From an uncultured delta proteobacterium (GTDB lineage Bacteria; Desulfobacterota; Desulfuromonadia; Desulfuromonadales; JACZKF01), in contig CAWFKQ010000009.1 of NCBI GenBank assembly GCA_963816395.1, positions 304,780 through 368,779 on the forward strand: a stretch of 64,000 bases of DNA. Direction: 5' to 3'. The notes beneath the pieces were generated by a model. It was not told the DNA's origin, searched no databases, and saw only the letters and a list, made by a program, of their open reading frames with translations. A program made the translations under genes and the position numbers. This document shows, in pieces, positions 23,421-35,502 of the stretch (positions are counted from its first letter, which is position 1; the number at the start of each line of letters is the position of its first letter).

Positions 23421-24152
23421 CTACTGCATCTTGCGGATGCGCACCTCGATGCCGCTGCCCCGGAGCAGTTCGCTGAGCCGCGCGGTATCGGTGTCGCCGA
23501 AATGGTAGGGATAGAGGACCTTCGGCCGCAGCGCCCGGGCGGCGTCGGCGACCATCTCCGGGGTCATGGTGTAGGGCAGGTTCATCGGCAGAAAGGCGAT
23601 GTCGATCCCCTTCAGGCCCTTGAGCTCCGGGGTGTTCTCCGTATCCCCCGCCACATAGACCCGCGTGTCGCCGAAGGTGAGCACATAGCCGTTGCCGTTA
23701 CCCCGCGGATGGAATGGCACCCCCGGGCTGCGCATGTGCACCAGGTTGTAGGCCGGCACCGCTTCGATCCGCACCCCCTGGAGCGTCCGCGTCTCGCCGT
23801 TTTGCATGACCAGGCTGCCCGGGACCTGGTCGGCGGCGGTGCGGTTGACCACCACCTCGGTGCCCGGCTTGCTGACCGCGGCGATCGCCGCGGGGTCGAG
23901 GTGGTCGTGATGCTCGTGGGTGATCAGGATCAGGTCGGCCTTCGGCAGCGCCGAGTAATCGGCCAGCTTGCTCCAGGGATCGACGTGAATGACCTTCCCC
24001 CCGTAAGCGAACATCAGGCTGCCGTGGCCGATGAAGGTGATCTTCAGCTCGCCGCCCGAAGTTTTGATGGTATCCATTTCTCTTCCCTCCAGTCCCAGCG
24101 CCGGCAGCGCCAGTGCCAGTGCCAGAAGGGCCAGAATGAGCTTTTTCCCCAT
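23421..24152 (-). CDS. exported metallo-beta-lactamase-fold hydrolase
   Basis: Signal peptide; THEHHDH; AGDTE; YPYHFG. Confidence 0.88.
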   Translation of the reverse strand: MGKKLILALLALALALPALGLEGREMDTIKTSGGELKITFIGHGSLMFAYGGKVIHVDPWSKLADYSALPKADLILITHEHHDHLDPAAIAAVSKPGTEVVVNRTAADQVPGSLVMQNGETRTLQGVRIEAVPAYNLVHMRSPGVPFHPRGNGNGYVLTFGDTRVYVAGDTENTPELKGLKGIDIAFLPMNLPYTMTPEMVADAARALRPKVLYPYHFGDTDTARLSELLRGSGIEVRIRKMQ

Positions 24153-24291
24153 GCCTGCACCTCCCGGGGCGTCGAATTTTGTTTGCCCCATGAACCGAAC
24201 TATACCAGCCAACTTCCTGAAATGCCAAGGCTGGAAACGGGGATGGGGCTGGGCCTGGGGGGGAGCGGCCGGCGCCATCGCCGTGGACCGG

Positions 24292-26480
24292 CTAATTGGC
24301 AGGCCGATGAGCCGCGGGCCGCATTGCGGTGGATTCGGTCTGTCCCGCCGCGAGCGGCGCGTCGCCCAGGAAAAGCCTGTGGACCATCGAGAACTGGAGC
24401 GCCCTGGCCTGCCGGATGGCGCTGCGGGCCGCTTCCGCCCGGGCGTCTTTCGGCAGCAGCAGGTCCTTTTCGGTGAAGGAGAGCCGGTCATCTCTGTAGA
24501 CCGCATCGGAGAGGACGTTGTGCATATAGAAAAAGCCATCCTGGACAAACCCGTCCGCTCCGGCGTATCCGGAGCCGAGGAGAAATATCCGGTTCTTTCC
24601 TGAGCGTTGCCACACGGGGATGCCTTCCATCTCCTTTGCCGCGGCGGTTTTTCCCAGCAGGGCGAGAAGGGTCGGGGCGATGTCGATGTGGGAGGTCGGG
24701 GCGGACAGGAGAAGGGAGTGCTGCAGGGCCCGGGGGGCATAGATGAGAAGCGGTACCTGGAGCATGTAGGAGCTGAGTTTGCCGAAGGGGAGAGCGGGAT
24801 CCTCAACCTGGCTGCGGACCCCGTGATCGGCGGTGAAGACCACAATGGTGTTCTCCAGCCACCTGTGGCTGGTGAGCAGATCGATTATCTCGGCCAGCCA
24901 GCGATCCTGCAGCAGCGCGAGCTCATGGCCTCTGGCAGAGATCTCTGCCAGGCCGCGCAGGTCGAAGAAAGGCCCATGCCCGATCTGGGGCAGAAACAGG
25001 GCACAGAAGTGACGTCCGGCCTCTTTGGCAGCCAGGATATCCGCTTTCAGCTGCTCGAGGGCCTGAAGATCCAGGGTGAGCCGCTCGAGAAGCTTCTGGC
25101 GCATCGAGGGATCGAAAGGACGATTGGCGGCCTCCATCTCCGCCATGAGCGCCGCCGCGCGGGACAGGGCCCTGCCCCGGGTCTCTTCCTGCGGATGGTC
25201 CGACGCGTAGAAGGTCCGGTCGGCGCCGAAGGTCCGGTACAAGAGATCGTCCACATCGGCCCGGTAGAGATTGGGTGCGTAGACGCCGCGGGTGTAATCG
25301 GCATCGAGGGCGCTCATGAGTCCATTCTTCCGCTGGACGGTTTTCGCTTCCAGCAGGCGCCGCCGCCCTTCCGGATACAGGCCCGAGAGGATGGAATAGA
25401 CGGCATCGCTGGTGTAGGGATAGGTGGTGAAATGCTCTCCGCCGACAAAAGAGTGGTCATACAGGCGGCCGGTGCCCGGAAGGCTTCGGCCCGAATTTAC
25501 CAGGTCGAGGAACCGGGCCGATCCGGTTTCCATCACGAAAAGCAGAATGTCCGCGCCGTCTTCGGCAGCGATCCGGGTATCCGCTTCATCCAGGTGCGGG
25601 GTGGCCGTTTGCAGCCGGAATTCCCCGAGCAGAGAGGGCATCGGCACGTGGAGAGTCAGCTCATCCTCGCCGCCGCTGCCGCCGAGAGCGGACACGAGCT
25701 GCCCGACGGCGCTCTTCTGGATGGAGATCCCCGCCGGCCTCTGCGCATAGCTGAAGGGGAGCAGAAGCAGGGCTGCAGCCGGCAGGCCGGCGGCCAGGTA
25801 ACCGGTCAGCAGGCGGTGACAACTGGCCAGGGCGCGGCCGATGCCGCCCGGCCGGCCGGGTGGGAACAGATGCTCTCCGAACAGCAGGAAAATCAGGCTG
25901 AGAAGAAGCATCGCCAGTTTAACCATACTGCCTGCCGTGACGTAGTCCTCCAGCGCTTCCAGGATTGCTGGAAACCCAGTGGAAGGAATCCGACAGCAGC
26001 TGCCCCGAGATGAATTGGCCGATGGAGTGATAGGCGCGCAGCTCGATGAAATACAGCAGGATCAGGAAAGCCGTTGCGGCAGCGAAGAAAATGGTGCGGG
26101 CGCGGCGGGGCAGGAGCAGGGCCAGAACTGCCGCTGCCAGCGGAACGAGCAGAAAGTTGACCAGCAGATCTTCGGCAAAGAATCCGAGCCGATCGAGGGC
26201 GCTCAACGCCTCGATATCTACCTTGCCGCACATCCGCGCCGCAAGCTCCCATTGCGAATCCATGAAATCGAATTTCACATACAGGCCGAACAGGCCGAGC
26301 AGGGATACGGCGGCCAGGCAGGAGCGGGAAGATAACAGGGTCTGGCGCGTACACGCGGGCCACGGCGGCCGCCCGGACGACGATCCGCTTTGAAGCGCTG
26401 GTCGACACTTCCCTGGCAGACTGATTTTCCGGCGTGACTTCCGGTTCAGATTGCTTCATCGCGTTCGGCGCCTTGGCCAC
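24292..26480 (-). CDS. LTA-synthase/sulfatase-like membrane protein, frameshifted at least twice
   Basis: N-terminal TM pieces; FVMETGS, GHGPF, VFTADHG, VPLLIYAP, SHIDIAPTLL. Confidence 0.75.
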
Positions 26481-26696
26481 AAAGGGTTTTCCCGGGCGTT
26501 CCTCATCATGGGATGTAATTAATGGGAGTTTAGTCGAAAGGGGTCGTCCGTCAACTCCCCGAATTCGCGGGGCGGGCGGAGCCGAACTCAGAAGGGGCCG
26601 TCTGCGTCTGCGGGTAAGGCCTTGAAATTTCCTTGCCGGCGCCCATTATTAAGGTGTCTCTTGATAAAAACCGATGAAAACGTGAGAGGAGGAAAG

Positions 26697-26966
26697 ATGA
26701 GAAAGGCGAAACTGCTGGTGACCGGCTTCATCCTGGCCGGCTGGGCCTGGATATTCGTTGCGGCGAACCGAAAGAAAGAGCCGCTCGCGAAAAAACCGGC
26801 GAAAGAGAAAAGCCCTGCGACGATCTATCGCGGCAACCCGGGCAGCAGGGTTTTCCACCTGCCGGCGTGCAAATACTACAATGCCGCCAGCTGCGTGGAA
26901 GCCTTTGCCACCAGGGAGGAAGCGGTGGGCGCGGAGTTCAGGCCCTGCGGTTTGTGCGCTCCCTGA
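26697..26966 (+). CDS. small membrane-anchored Ada-type metal-binding domain protein
   Basis: RBS GGAGG; TM helix; GNPGSRVFHLPACKYY...FRPCGLCAP. Confidence 0.8.
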   Translation: MRKAKLLVTGFILAGWAWIFVAANRKKEPLAKKPAKEKSPATIYRGNPGSRVFHLPACKYYNAASCVEAFATREEAVGAEFRPCGLCAP

Positions 26967-27108
26967 TCAAGGGGAAAAACCCCGGGCAGGCTGTCAGGTC
27001 GATTCCCCCCGGCTCTCAACCAGCGATCTGACCTCCACCACCCTGAACCCCGAGTCTACGGGCCGGCTCCGGACCCTCTGCCGGCAAGCGGCGCAAGTCC
27101 CAGGGGCT

Positions 27109-27736
27109 CTACCGGTGCCCTCCCTTTCCCCCATGTTCCCAGCCGTGCCCGCCGCCATGCCCGCCGCCATGCCCGCCATAGTGATGGTCCCCATGGCCGT
27201 CGTAATCGTGGTAGATGTAGCCGAAGCTGAAGGAAAAGGCGCCGGGATAAGGAGATAGTAGGGAGAGTAGGAGGGGTAGATTAGTAGCCCCACGGCTGGG
27301 GGTAGTAGTAAGCGGGCGGATAGGCAGGCTGCCGGACGATATAGTACCTTTCGATCCTCTGGGTTGTCGTCCGGGCCGGCGGCTCAGCGGCCGGATTGCC
27401 GACGATCCGCCAGCTGCCGTCCGGCTGCCTGCAGGCGGTGCCATATCCCTGCTCGTGCCGGCCGCCGATGATGATCGTCTCGACGAATTCCCGGCAGTTG
27501 GTGCCGTCCGCCGTGCGGAAGGTTCTCACCGGCGTCGCCGTTCCGGAAGCCCGGGTGTCGGGGTTCACCCACTCCGATGCCTGGTTGGTCTTGTTGTTCT
27601 CCAGGGCCTGCTGCAGGTTGCCCGCCGCCGCCTGCGCGGAAGGGTCCAGGGAATTCCCGAACGGCTGTCCATGGGCGGGGGAGAAACCGAAGATGGACCC
27701 GATCAGGGCTGTCACCACAAGGGCCGCTCGTCTCAT
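27109..27736 (-). CDS. RT0821/Lpp0805-like (17-kDa surface antigen) exported protein, frameshift near 27285, His/Gly-rich tail
   Basis: Signal peptide; ALE...WVNPDT...CREF...YGTACRQPDGSW. Confidence 0.8.
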
Positions 27737-27985
27737 GTACGCCTCCCCTGGTCCGGTATGGCCTGGCCGCATCCCGGAAGGTCCGGCCTTAGCGCCACCG
27801 CGAACCCGAAAAGAGCTCATTCTCTCTCCTTAGATATTATATCTCGGAACAGGGAGATTCCTTCCCCTGCAGTGCCGGCGTCCCCCGGCCCGAACCGATG
27901 GACCTTCCGGACGGTGTCGACCGCGCAGAAAGAACGTTTTCCTGTTATGATTTAAACAGATAAGTCCTTTCTCAAAGGAAGCATC

Positions 27986-29119
27986 ATGAAAAGGACGACC
28001 CTGGCCCTGGCGGTGTTGGGCTGGGTGATCTTCAGTCATGCACCTGTCGGGGCGCAGGAATACGACCCGATGCTCGACGACACCGAAAGCAATGCGATGA
28101 CGGAGACCCTTGCCTACGCCTTGGAGAACGCCAGGACCGGCGAGGAGAGTTCCTGGGTGAATCCCGACACCGGGCATTCCGGGGTGATCGTGCCGCTGGC
28201 AACCTACGTGAACGATGCAGGCCTCGATTGCCGGGAATACATCCAGACCATCGTCATCGACGGCCAGGAAGCGCAGGCCTACGGCACCGCCTGCCGCCAG
28301 CCGGACGGCACCTGGCTGATCGTCAACGACGAGGAGGCCGCCGCTCCGCCCCCGGAAGACCAGACTTCCCATATCTATCTCTACCGCGATCCCGCCAGCT
28401 ATCATTACCCCTGGGTCTACTACGACCCCTTCTTCTACCCCCACCAGATTTTCTTCAGCTTCGTGTTCGTGCATCACGCCGGTCATTTCAGCCATGAGCA
28501 TTTTCACGAGGGGCGCCATTATCCCCGGGGAGAGCATCCCCGCAGCAGGGAAAGGCACAGCTTCGGCGCCCACCGTGTCGCCGACGGACGCGAGATCCCG
28601 TCCCGCTTCCATGCCGATGGCAACCCGGGTGGCCGGCATGACTCCGACCGGCGCCGCGCCGGCAGCGGGCGCGGGGACGACCCGCGCCGGCACGACCCCG
28701 ACCCGCGGCGCGCGGTCACCGTCTACAGGGGCAACCCCGGCCGGCACGTCTCCGACCACTCCGCAACGGTACGCGGGGATACCCCGGCCCGGCGCGGCCT
28801 CGACCGGCACCGCGCCGGCAGCGTGCGCGGGGACAACCCGCGCCGGCACGATCCCGACCCGCGCCACGCGGGCACCGTCTACAGGGGCAACCCCGGCCGG
28901 CGCGTCCCCGACCACTCCGCAATCGTACGCGGGAACATCCCGGCCCGGCGCGACCTTGACCGGCGCCGTTCCGGCGCCCTTCGCGGCGCGCCCCCCAGAA
29001 CCGCCCATCCGGGCTTTCGCGGCAGCGCCGGCCGCAGCGGCGGGGAACAGGTCCGTGGCAACCGGGGCGGCGCTGGCGGCCGCTACAATCCCGGCCAACC
29101 GAGCTTCAACCGCCGATAA
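27986..29119 (+). CDS. RT0821/Lpp0805-like exported protein with long Arg/Gly-rich repeat tail
   Basis: Signal peptide; WVNPDTG...CREY...YGTACRQPDGTW. Confidence 0.82.
   Translation: MKRTTLALAVLGWVIFSHAPVGAQEYDPMLDDTESNAMTETLAYALENARTGEESSWVNPDTGHSGVIVPLATYVNDAGLDCREYIQTIVIDGQEAQAYGTACRQPDGTWLIVNDEEAAAPPPEDQTSHIYLYRDPASYHYPWVYYDPFFYPHQIFFSFVFVHHAGHFSHEHFHEGRHYPRGEHPRSRERHSFGAHRVADGREIPSRFHADGNPGGRHDSDRRRAGSGRGDDPRRHDPDPRRAVTVYRGNPGRHVSDHSATVRGDTPARRGLDRHRAGSVRGDNPRRHDPDPRHAGTVYRGNPGRRVPDHSAIVRGNIPARRDLDRRRSGALRGAPPRTAHPGFRGSAGRSGGEQVRGNRGGAGGRYNPGQPSFNRR
28646..28968 (+). repeat. in-frame tandem duplication, 156-bp (52-aa) period, two copies plus the start of a third
   Basis: GACCGGC(G/A)CCG starts at 28646, 28802 and 28958. 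Confidence 0.9.
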
Positions 29120-29242
29120 TTTCCAAGCCAGCGGGGATGCGACGGTGTCCCGCCGAGCGTGCCGTGGCCCGGCTTGGAGCGCTCGAGTCGAGAAAGCCGA
29201 TACCTCCCATCGGCGGTCCGGGATATGGTAAAATTTACAGGT

Positions 29243-30781
29243 ATGAAAACCCAACCTTCAGGAATTGCTATAAAACCTGCGCAAGGCCGGGGTCGAACCA
29301 AATGGCTCGAAAGCGGAAGAGTTTTTAAAGCCATTCTCGACCAGGCCTTCCAGTTCATGGGGCTGCTGACGCCAGACGGCACCCTGGTCGCGGCTAATCG
29401 TGCCTCTCTCGACTTCATCGGCGTCGAAGAAGCCGAAGTAGTGGGCAAGCTGTTCTGGCTGACGCCCTGGTGGACTCATTCCCCGGCCCAGCAGGACATG
29501 GTGCGGGCAGCGATACGGAAAGCCGCCGGCGGCGAATTCGTCAGTTGTGAAATGACCCACACCGCCGGCGATGGGGAGCTGCACCAGATCGATTTCTGCC
29601 TCAAGCCGGTCGCCGACGAAAGGGGCCGCGTCTTTCTCCTGGTCGCGGAAGGGCACGATGTTACGGAGCAGACCAGGGCAGAGGAGAAACTGCGGGAGTC
29701 GGAAGAGAAATACCGGCTGCTTTTTTCCGCCGAATCGGACGCGATCATCATCCTCGATGCCGATAGCCAGGGGGTGCTGGAGGCGAATGAGGCCGCCGCC
29801 CGTCTCTATGGTTTCAGTCTGCAGGAATTCTCGGGGCTGCGGTTCGAGCGGATCACCGCCGAGCCGGAAAAGATGGCCGAACGGATCCGCGAGGTGCTGG
29901 CCGGCCGCCTCAGCCGCCTCCCCCGGGCCCAGCACCGGAAAAAGGACGGCACCGTCTTCCCGGCGGAAATCTCCTTCGGCACCTTTTCCTGGAAGAACCG
30001 CCGGGTGATCATCGAGATCATCCGGGACATCACCGAGCGCGAAGAAATCGCCCGGATGCGCGACGAGATGCTGGCGGCGGTCAGCCATGAAATGCGCACC
30101 CCCTTGACCGCCGTGATCGGTTTTGCCGAACACCTGCTGGAGAATGCCGCCGAAAAGGCGCCGCAGTGCGAGTATCTGGAGATCATTCTCAAGGAAAGCG
30201 CCCGGCTGAAGGGACTCATCGACAACCTGCTGATTTTTCAGCGGTTGCGCGCCGGCTTCGGCTTGCGGAAATATCAGGCGGTGGAGGTATTGCCCTTACT
30301 GCGGGGGAGTGTTCAGCTGTTGGAGAAGTCCGCCGAGGAGCACCAGCTGCGACTTGACTGTCCCCCCGATCTGCCGCCGGTGCTGGGAGATGAGGGAAAG
30401 CTCCTGCACGCGCTCGAGAACCTGATAGCCAATGCCATCAAGTATTCGCCCGCCGGCAGCACGGTGACCGTAGGCGCCCGCCAGGAAGCCGGCGCCGTCA
30501 CTCTCTTTGTGCAGGACGAGGGGCCCGGCATCAGGCCGGAGCTGCGGGAGTTGATTTTCGATCGCTTCTTCCAGGTGGACAAGCGCGACGGTCGCCGGAT
30601 CGGCGGCACCGGCCTGGGACTTCCTCTGGTGAAGGAGATCGTGCAGCTCCACCAGGGGACTGTCTGGGTGGAAAGCTCACCCGGCAAGGGGAGCACTTTC
30701 AAGATGCGTTTTCCCCTCGATATCGTCTGCTGGCTGGACAGAGCTGATCCGCATCACCGTCGCGCCGGTGATCAGGACTGA
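29243..30781 (+). CDS. cytoplasmic PAS-PAS sensor histidine kinase
   Basis: Two PAS domains; [30 protein letters not shown]. Confidence 0.92.
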   Translation: MKTQPSGIAIKPAQGRGRTKWLESGRVFKAILDQAFQFMGLLTPDGTLVAANRASLDFIGVEEAEVVGKLFWLTPWWTHSPAQQDMVRAAIRKAAGGEFVSCEMTHTAGDGELHQIDFCLKPVADERGRVFLLVAEGHDVTEQTRAEEKLRESEEKYRLLFSAESDAIIILDADSQGVLEANEAAARLYGFSLQEFSGLRFERITAEPEKMAERIREVLAGRLSRLPRAQHRKKDGTVFPAEISFGTFSWKNRRVIIEIIRDITEREEIARMRDEMLAAVSHEMRTPLTAVIGFAEHLLENAAEKAPQCEYLEIILKESARLKGLIDNLLIFQRLRAGFGLRKYQAVEVLPLLRGSVQLLEKSAEEHQLRLDCPPDLPPVLGDEGKLLHALENLIANAIKYSPAGSTVTVGARQEAGAVTLFVQDEGPGIRPELRELIFDRFFQVDKRDGRRIGGTGLGLPLVKEIVQLHQGTVWVESSPGKGSTFKMRFPLDIVCWLDRADPHHRRAGDQD

Positions 30782-31249
30782 GGTGCCCGGGCGGCCGGGC
30801 TCCTCACCATTCGCGTCAGCGTCCGGTCGAGCGCCGAGGCGAACCGCTGCCGGTCCTGAGGTCCGAACGGCGCCGGTCCCCCCTGGATGAGCCCCTCGTC
30901 GCGCAGACCCTGCAGCAGATCGCGCACCGAGAGGCGCTCCCCCACATTCTGGTCGGTGAACAGCTCCCCCCGGGGGTCGAGGGCGGTTCCTCCCTTCCTG
31001 ACGATCCGTCGCGGCCAGCGGGATGTCGGCGGTAATCACCAGGTCGGCGGCAGTCGCCTGCTCGGCGATGTAGTCGTCTGCCACATCCAGGCCGCCGGGG
31101 ACGATGACCGAACTGACCAGCCGGCTGTGGTGTTTCGCCAGCCCCGTGTTCGCCACCAGGCAGACCGGGATCTGCAGGCGCTCGGAGGCGCGGAAGACGA
31201 TCTCCTTCACCGGGCGCGGGCAGGCATCGGCATCGATCCAGATCTTCAT
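30772..31249 (-). CDS. YaiI/YqxD (UPF0178) family protein, frameshift near 31010
   Basis: [27 protein letters not shown]. Confidence 0.88.
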
Positions 31250-31286
31250 CTCTTTCCTTCAGCCGGGAGGTAGCGACACCGCGGCC

Positions 31287-31499
31287 TCAACCCTGCCAGA
31301 GGGTCCAGCCGAAATCGTTTTTGTCCGTGCTGTGGGTAAACTTCGCCCGGCATTGCAGGCACTGGTAATCCTGCTCGAAAAAGCCGTTTTTCTGGGCTCC
31401 GCCGAACACTCTTTTCTCTTCCAGCTTCCTCAGATATTCGTGCGGCTTGGTGCCGTGCGATTTCTTGATCAGCTTGTCGCAAAGGGTGCAGATAGCCAT
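31287..31499 (-). CDS. small protein with two CxxC motifs
   Basis: RBS GGAG; CTLC and CLQC. Confidence 0.6.
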   Translation of the reverse strand: MAICTLCDKLIKKSHGTKPHEYLRKLEEKRVFGGAQKNGFFEQDYQCLQCRAKFTHSTDKNDFGWTLWQG

Positions 31500-31684
31500 C
31501 CCGTCCTCCCGGTGGTTGTTTTTGCCAGGTATCAAGGCAGCTTATCAGAAGTCGGGGGGAGAAAGGGGAACTTTTCCGGCGCCTCCCGCACTGCCGGGAG
31601 TCTTCGTTCTTGTGCCGCTATGCCGATGTTGGATTCCCTGCGCCGGCCTGCGAGCCTGGTCGGATCAGGTCAGGAGGTCGGCCG

Positions 31685-32459
31685 TCAGCTTCTTTGCGGC
31701 CGGTAGAAGGCGATGGCGTTGTCGTGCAGGACCTTCTTCGCCAGAGACTCTCCCAGCACCTCGAGTACGAGCAGCAGGTCGGTGTCGGCATACGGGCGCG
31801 GCGCCCGGGTCGAGGGGAGGTCGGTACCGAAAAGCAGAGCCTCGGGGTTGGCCGCGCAGATGGCGGGAAGCGCCTCCCGCACGTCGAAATCGACCCGGCC
31901 GAAGCCGGTGGCCTTGACCCGCACGCCCCTCTCCACCAGGTGCAGCAGGGTAGGGAAGCCGGCTTTCGACAGCCCCAGGTGGTCGATGCTGACCGCCGGC
32001 AGGGAAGCCAGGGTGGCGAAGAGACCGGGCAGGTCGCGCGAGTCGACATACAGCTCGACATGCCAGCCGGCGACCTCGTGCACCCGCCGGGCAAAGCTCT
32101 CCAGCCTGTCGGCCCCTTCCGACCCGCCGCGCTTGAGGTTGAAGCGGACGGCCCGCACCCCGGCCGCATCGAGCCGCAGGATTTCCTCGTCCGAGACGGA
32201 GGCCGGCAGCTGGGTGACGCCGACGAAGGCGGGGCCGAGCCGTTGCAGGGCAGCCAGCAGGTAGCTCTGGTCGAAGGCCTGAAAGGAGCCGGAGACGACC
32301 GCCCCGCCGGCGAGATTGAAGCTGGCGGCGGCGCGCAGGTAGTCGTCGCAGGTGAAGTTGGCGGGGAGGTAGCCCTGGTTGGGGACGAGGGGAAAACGGG
32401 CATCGATGATGTGGAAGTGGCTGTCGAAAATCTTGGCGGCGGAAAATTCTGTCGGTCAT
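31685..32459 (-). CDS. amidohydrolase-2 family (PDC-lactonase-like), frameshifted near 5' end
   Basis: FDSHFHIID (read in frame), VRAVRFN, IDHLGLS, KATGFGR, FGTDLP. Confidence 0.82.
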
Positions 32460-32735
32460 GGATGGTCCCTTGCTCATCTTTTTGTCGACAAATCGAACCT
32501 GAATCTTCAGCCTTCAAGAAGAGGTAGCGATTTTACTCGATCGGCGGGAGGGGTTAATCTTGCCCCGTTTGAGAATCTCATTCAAGACCGAAAAGGGGGG
32601 CTTCCAATGGATACAACGGCAAAGCTCAGGCGGGATTTCCGCTGGCAGAGCATAAAGCCTGACTGAACTTCCGGGTGAAACCGGTGGCTAAATCCAGGCA
32701 ACCAGGAGGAGGGCCGGCCCCCGCTTGCGGGGCGC

Positions 32736-32960
32736 CTATTCCAGATTTTTTTTCTTCCGCTCGAAATCCTCGCCGCTGATCTCGCCGCGGGCATGGCGCT
32801 CCCGGAGGATGTCCAGGGGAGTGCTCTCCCGGATGTCACCGTTTCCCGACTCTCCACCGGCGCTTCGTCGGGCCAGATAGACAATGGCGTAAATCAGCAG
32901 AACCAGAGCGATCAGCAGGATGACCCAGTTGTAGGGGTACATGAAAAATTGCTTCATCAT
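32736..32960 (-). CDS. SHOCT-domain small membrane protein
   Basis: TM helix, then TPLDILRERHARGEISGEDFE. Confidence 0.85.
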   Translation of the reverse strand: MMKQFFMYPYNWVILLIALVLLIYAIVYLARRSAGGESGNGDIRESTPLDILRERHARGEISGEDFERKKKNLE

Positions 32961-33188
32961 GGTTTGCCTCCCGCGCGGATACCTTGCGGAGCGCGAATCT
33001 GCCGGGGAATTTCCCTGCATTGCCGCTGCTCCTAATCCCATTAAAATTTACCCCGGGAACCTCCGATTGCAACCTCTCCGCCGGCCAAAGCGGCCGCGGC
33101 GCGAGTGAGCGCCGGCGCCGGAATGGCTGGGGCGGAAGAGAAAATAGGTTCTATTTCGCTTGGCGAAACAGTCATTTATGAATTTGTG

Positions 33189-33247
33189 CATTGAAAAAAT
33201 AGAATCAATGTTTTATCGTCTCGGTTGATTACTCAGGCGCAATCAAC
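33189..33247 (+). promoter_or_regulatory. two palindromic candidate operators upstream of the Liv-type ABC operon
   Basis: CATTGA-N10-TCAATG (33189-33210) and GTTGATT-N10-AATCAAC (33224-33247) in an AT-rich leader. Confidence 0.45.
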
Positions 33248-33272
33248 GCTTTTCGAACCCAGGAGGCTTTCC

Positions 33273-34492
33273 ATGAAGACCTTGCTTCGATCCCTCACGT
33301 TGGCCATCCTGGCCGCCGGCGTCCTGCTCGCCGTCCCTGATGCCTATGCCGCCGGGAAGATCAAGGTCGGCATCGTTGACTGCTACTCCGGCCCGCCCAG
33401 CACCTACTCCAATGATGTCCGGGACGCCTTCGCCCTGGCGGTGCAGAAGATCAACGCCGAGGGGGGAGTGCTGGGGAGGCAGATCGAGTTCGTCACCCGC
33501 GACAGCAAGTTCAAGGTGGACATCGGCCTCGCCGCCGCCAAGGAACTCGTGATGCGGGAGAACGTCGATATCCTCATGGGGACGATCAACAGCGCCCTGG
33601 CCCTGGCCATCTCCGATCTGGCGAAAACGGAAAAGATCCCCTTCCTGGCCACCTTCGCCAAAAGCGACAAGATCACCGGCGAGAAGGGAAACCGCTATAC
33701 CTTTTCCATGAACGAGAATACCGCCATGATCGGCAGGGCGGCGGCGGTCGGCCTGGCCAAGCTCCCCTACACCCGGTACTGGATCGCCGGCGACGATTAC
33801 GAGTACGGCCACGCCATCGCCGACGGGGTCTGGAAGCATCTCAAGCAGCTCAAACCCGAGGTCCAGCTTCTCGGCCAGTCCTGGTGGAAGGTGGGCGAGC
33901 CCGACTTCACCCCTTACATCACCGCCATGCTGGCGGAGAAGCCGCAAGCGGTGATCGTCGCCACCGGCGGCCGCGGCTGCGTCCCTTTCCTGAAGACGGC
34001 GCAGGCGACCGGCTTCAACAAGCAGGTTGCCGTTTACATGCATACCGCCACCGAGCTTTCGACCCTCAAGCCCCTGGGCGCCGATGCGCCGGAAGGGATC
34101 ATCGGCACCGCCAACTATCACAGCTACTTCCCCGACACCGAAGCCAACCGGGCGTTTGCCGCCGAATTTGAAAAAGCCTACGGTCGCCCGCCGGCGGCTG
34201 GCGCGCTCTACGGCTACATCACTGCCCACGCCATCGCCAAGGCGTACCAGAAGGCGGGGAAAGTCGATACCGAAAAGTTCATCGATGCTCTCGAAGGGCT
34301 GCGCGTGGACTCCCCCATCGGCGAGATCATGGTTCGTGCGGAGGACCACCAGGTGATGCTCCCCATGTTCATGGGCGTGACCAAACGGCTGGCCGGAGCG
34401 GATCACTGCCCGTCTCCACGCAGATCGTCACCATTCCCGCCGCCGACCTGATGCCTTCCCTTGCGGAAATCCGGCAGGCGAGAGGCAAATAG
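33273..34492 (+). CDS. LivJ/K-type ABC substrate-binding protein, frameshift near 3' end
   Basis: Signal peptide; INAEGGVLGRQIE, DYEYG, PDFTPYI. Confidence 0.9.
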
Positions 34493-34605
34493 CAGCAGCA
34501 GCTTTTCGGGGGCGGCCGGCCTCGGCGCCCCCGCGGGCGGCTGCCCGAGGCGGGCCGCCGAAGATTCGGCCGAGGCTTGAACCACCTTCCCTTTGAGAAT
34601 CACTG

Positions 34606-35502
34606 ATGGAATTTTTGAGCGGCCTTTCCCTTTCGGTGCTCTGCATCCAGGTGCTGGTGGGCCTCAGCAAAGCGACCATCCTCTTTATCGTCGCCTCCGG
34701 CCTGACCCTGATCCTGGGGGTGCTGCGCATCCCCAACCTGGCGCACGGTTCCCTGTACATGATCGGCGCCTTCACCACCTACACCATTGCCGTCTTTTTC
34801 GGCCAGAGCAGTCTGGGGTTCTGGCTGGCCCTGCTGCTGGCCCCCCTCGTGGTCGCCCTGATCGGCCTGGCCATGGAGCGGGGTCTCTTTCGCTTTCTGT
34901 ACCGGCGCGACCATCTGATGCTCCTGCTCTTCACCTTCTCCTTCGCCCTGGTTTTCGGCGATCTGGTGAAGATGATCTGGGGCTCGGACTTTCGCTCCCT
35001 GAGCGTGCCGGAGGTGTTCCAGGGCTCCTATTCGGTGCTGGGGATGCCTTTCCCCCGCTACAACATGTTTCTGCTGGTGCTGGGGCCTCTCTTCGCCCTG
35101 GGGCTGTGGTATTTCACCCGCCGCACCAGGCTCGGGAAGATCTGCCGGGCGGCCGCCGTCGACCGCGAGATGGTGGGAGCGGTGGGGATCAATGTCAATC
35201 TCATCTACTCGGCCGTCTTCGTCCTCGCCTGCTACCTGGCCGGGGTGGGCGGCGCCCTGGTGGCCCCCACCCAGAACATCACCCAGGGGATGGACCAGTC
35301 CATCATTATCGAAATTTTCCTCATCGTCATCATTGGCGGGCTCGGCAACGTCTGGGGAGCCCTGCTCGGCGCCCTGATTTTCGGCCTCACCGATTCCATC
35401 GGGATCCTGGTCGCCCCGCAGTTCGCCATTGTCTTTCCCTATCTGGCCGTCATCTTCGTCCTTCTTTTTCGCCCGCAAGGGCTTTTGAAATCGGCCTGGT
35501 AA
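34606..35502 (+). CDS. livH: branched-chain amino acid-type ABC permease
   Basis: GLTLILGVLRIPNLAHG, IIGGLGN, RPQGL. Confidence 0.88.
   Translation: MEFLSGLSLSVLCIQVLVGLSKATILFIVASGLTLILGVLRIPNLAHGSLYMIGAFTTYTIAVFFGQSSLGFWLALLLAPLVVALIGLAMERGLFRFLYRRDHLMLLLFTFSFALVFGDLVKMIWGSDFRSLSVPEVFQGSYSVLGMPFPRYNMFLLVLGPLFALGLWYFTRRTRLGKICRAAAVDREMVGAVGINVNLIYSAVFVLACYLAGVGGALVAPTQNITQGMDQSIIIEIFLIVIIGGLGNVWGALLGALIFGLTDSIGILVAPQFAIVFPYLAVIFVLLFRPQGLLKSAW

Noticed and set aside
14685..23508. Very long plus-strand ORFs (640, 487, 711, 582 aa)
   Set aside because: Antisense shadows of well-supported minus-strand genes in GC-rich DNA; no motifs.
32590..32736. Riboswitch (c-di-GMP or SAM-like) or a selenocysteine mini-ORF in a stem-rich spacer
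   Set aside because: Only fragments of the consensus motifs are present (GGCAAA, GCTAAATCC), the spacer is not in the leader of a plus-strand gene, and the 19-codon ORF has no other support.
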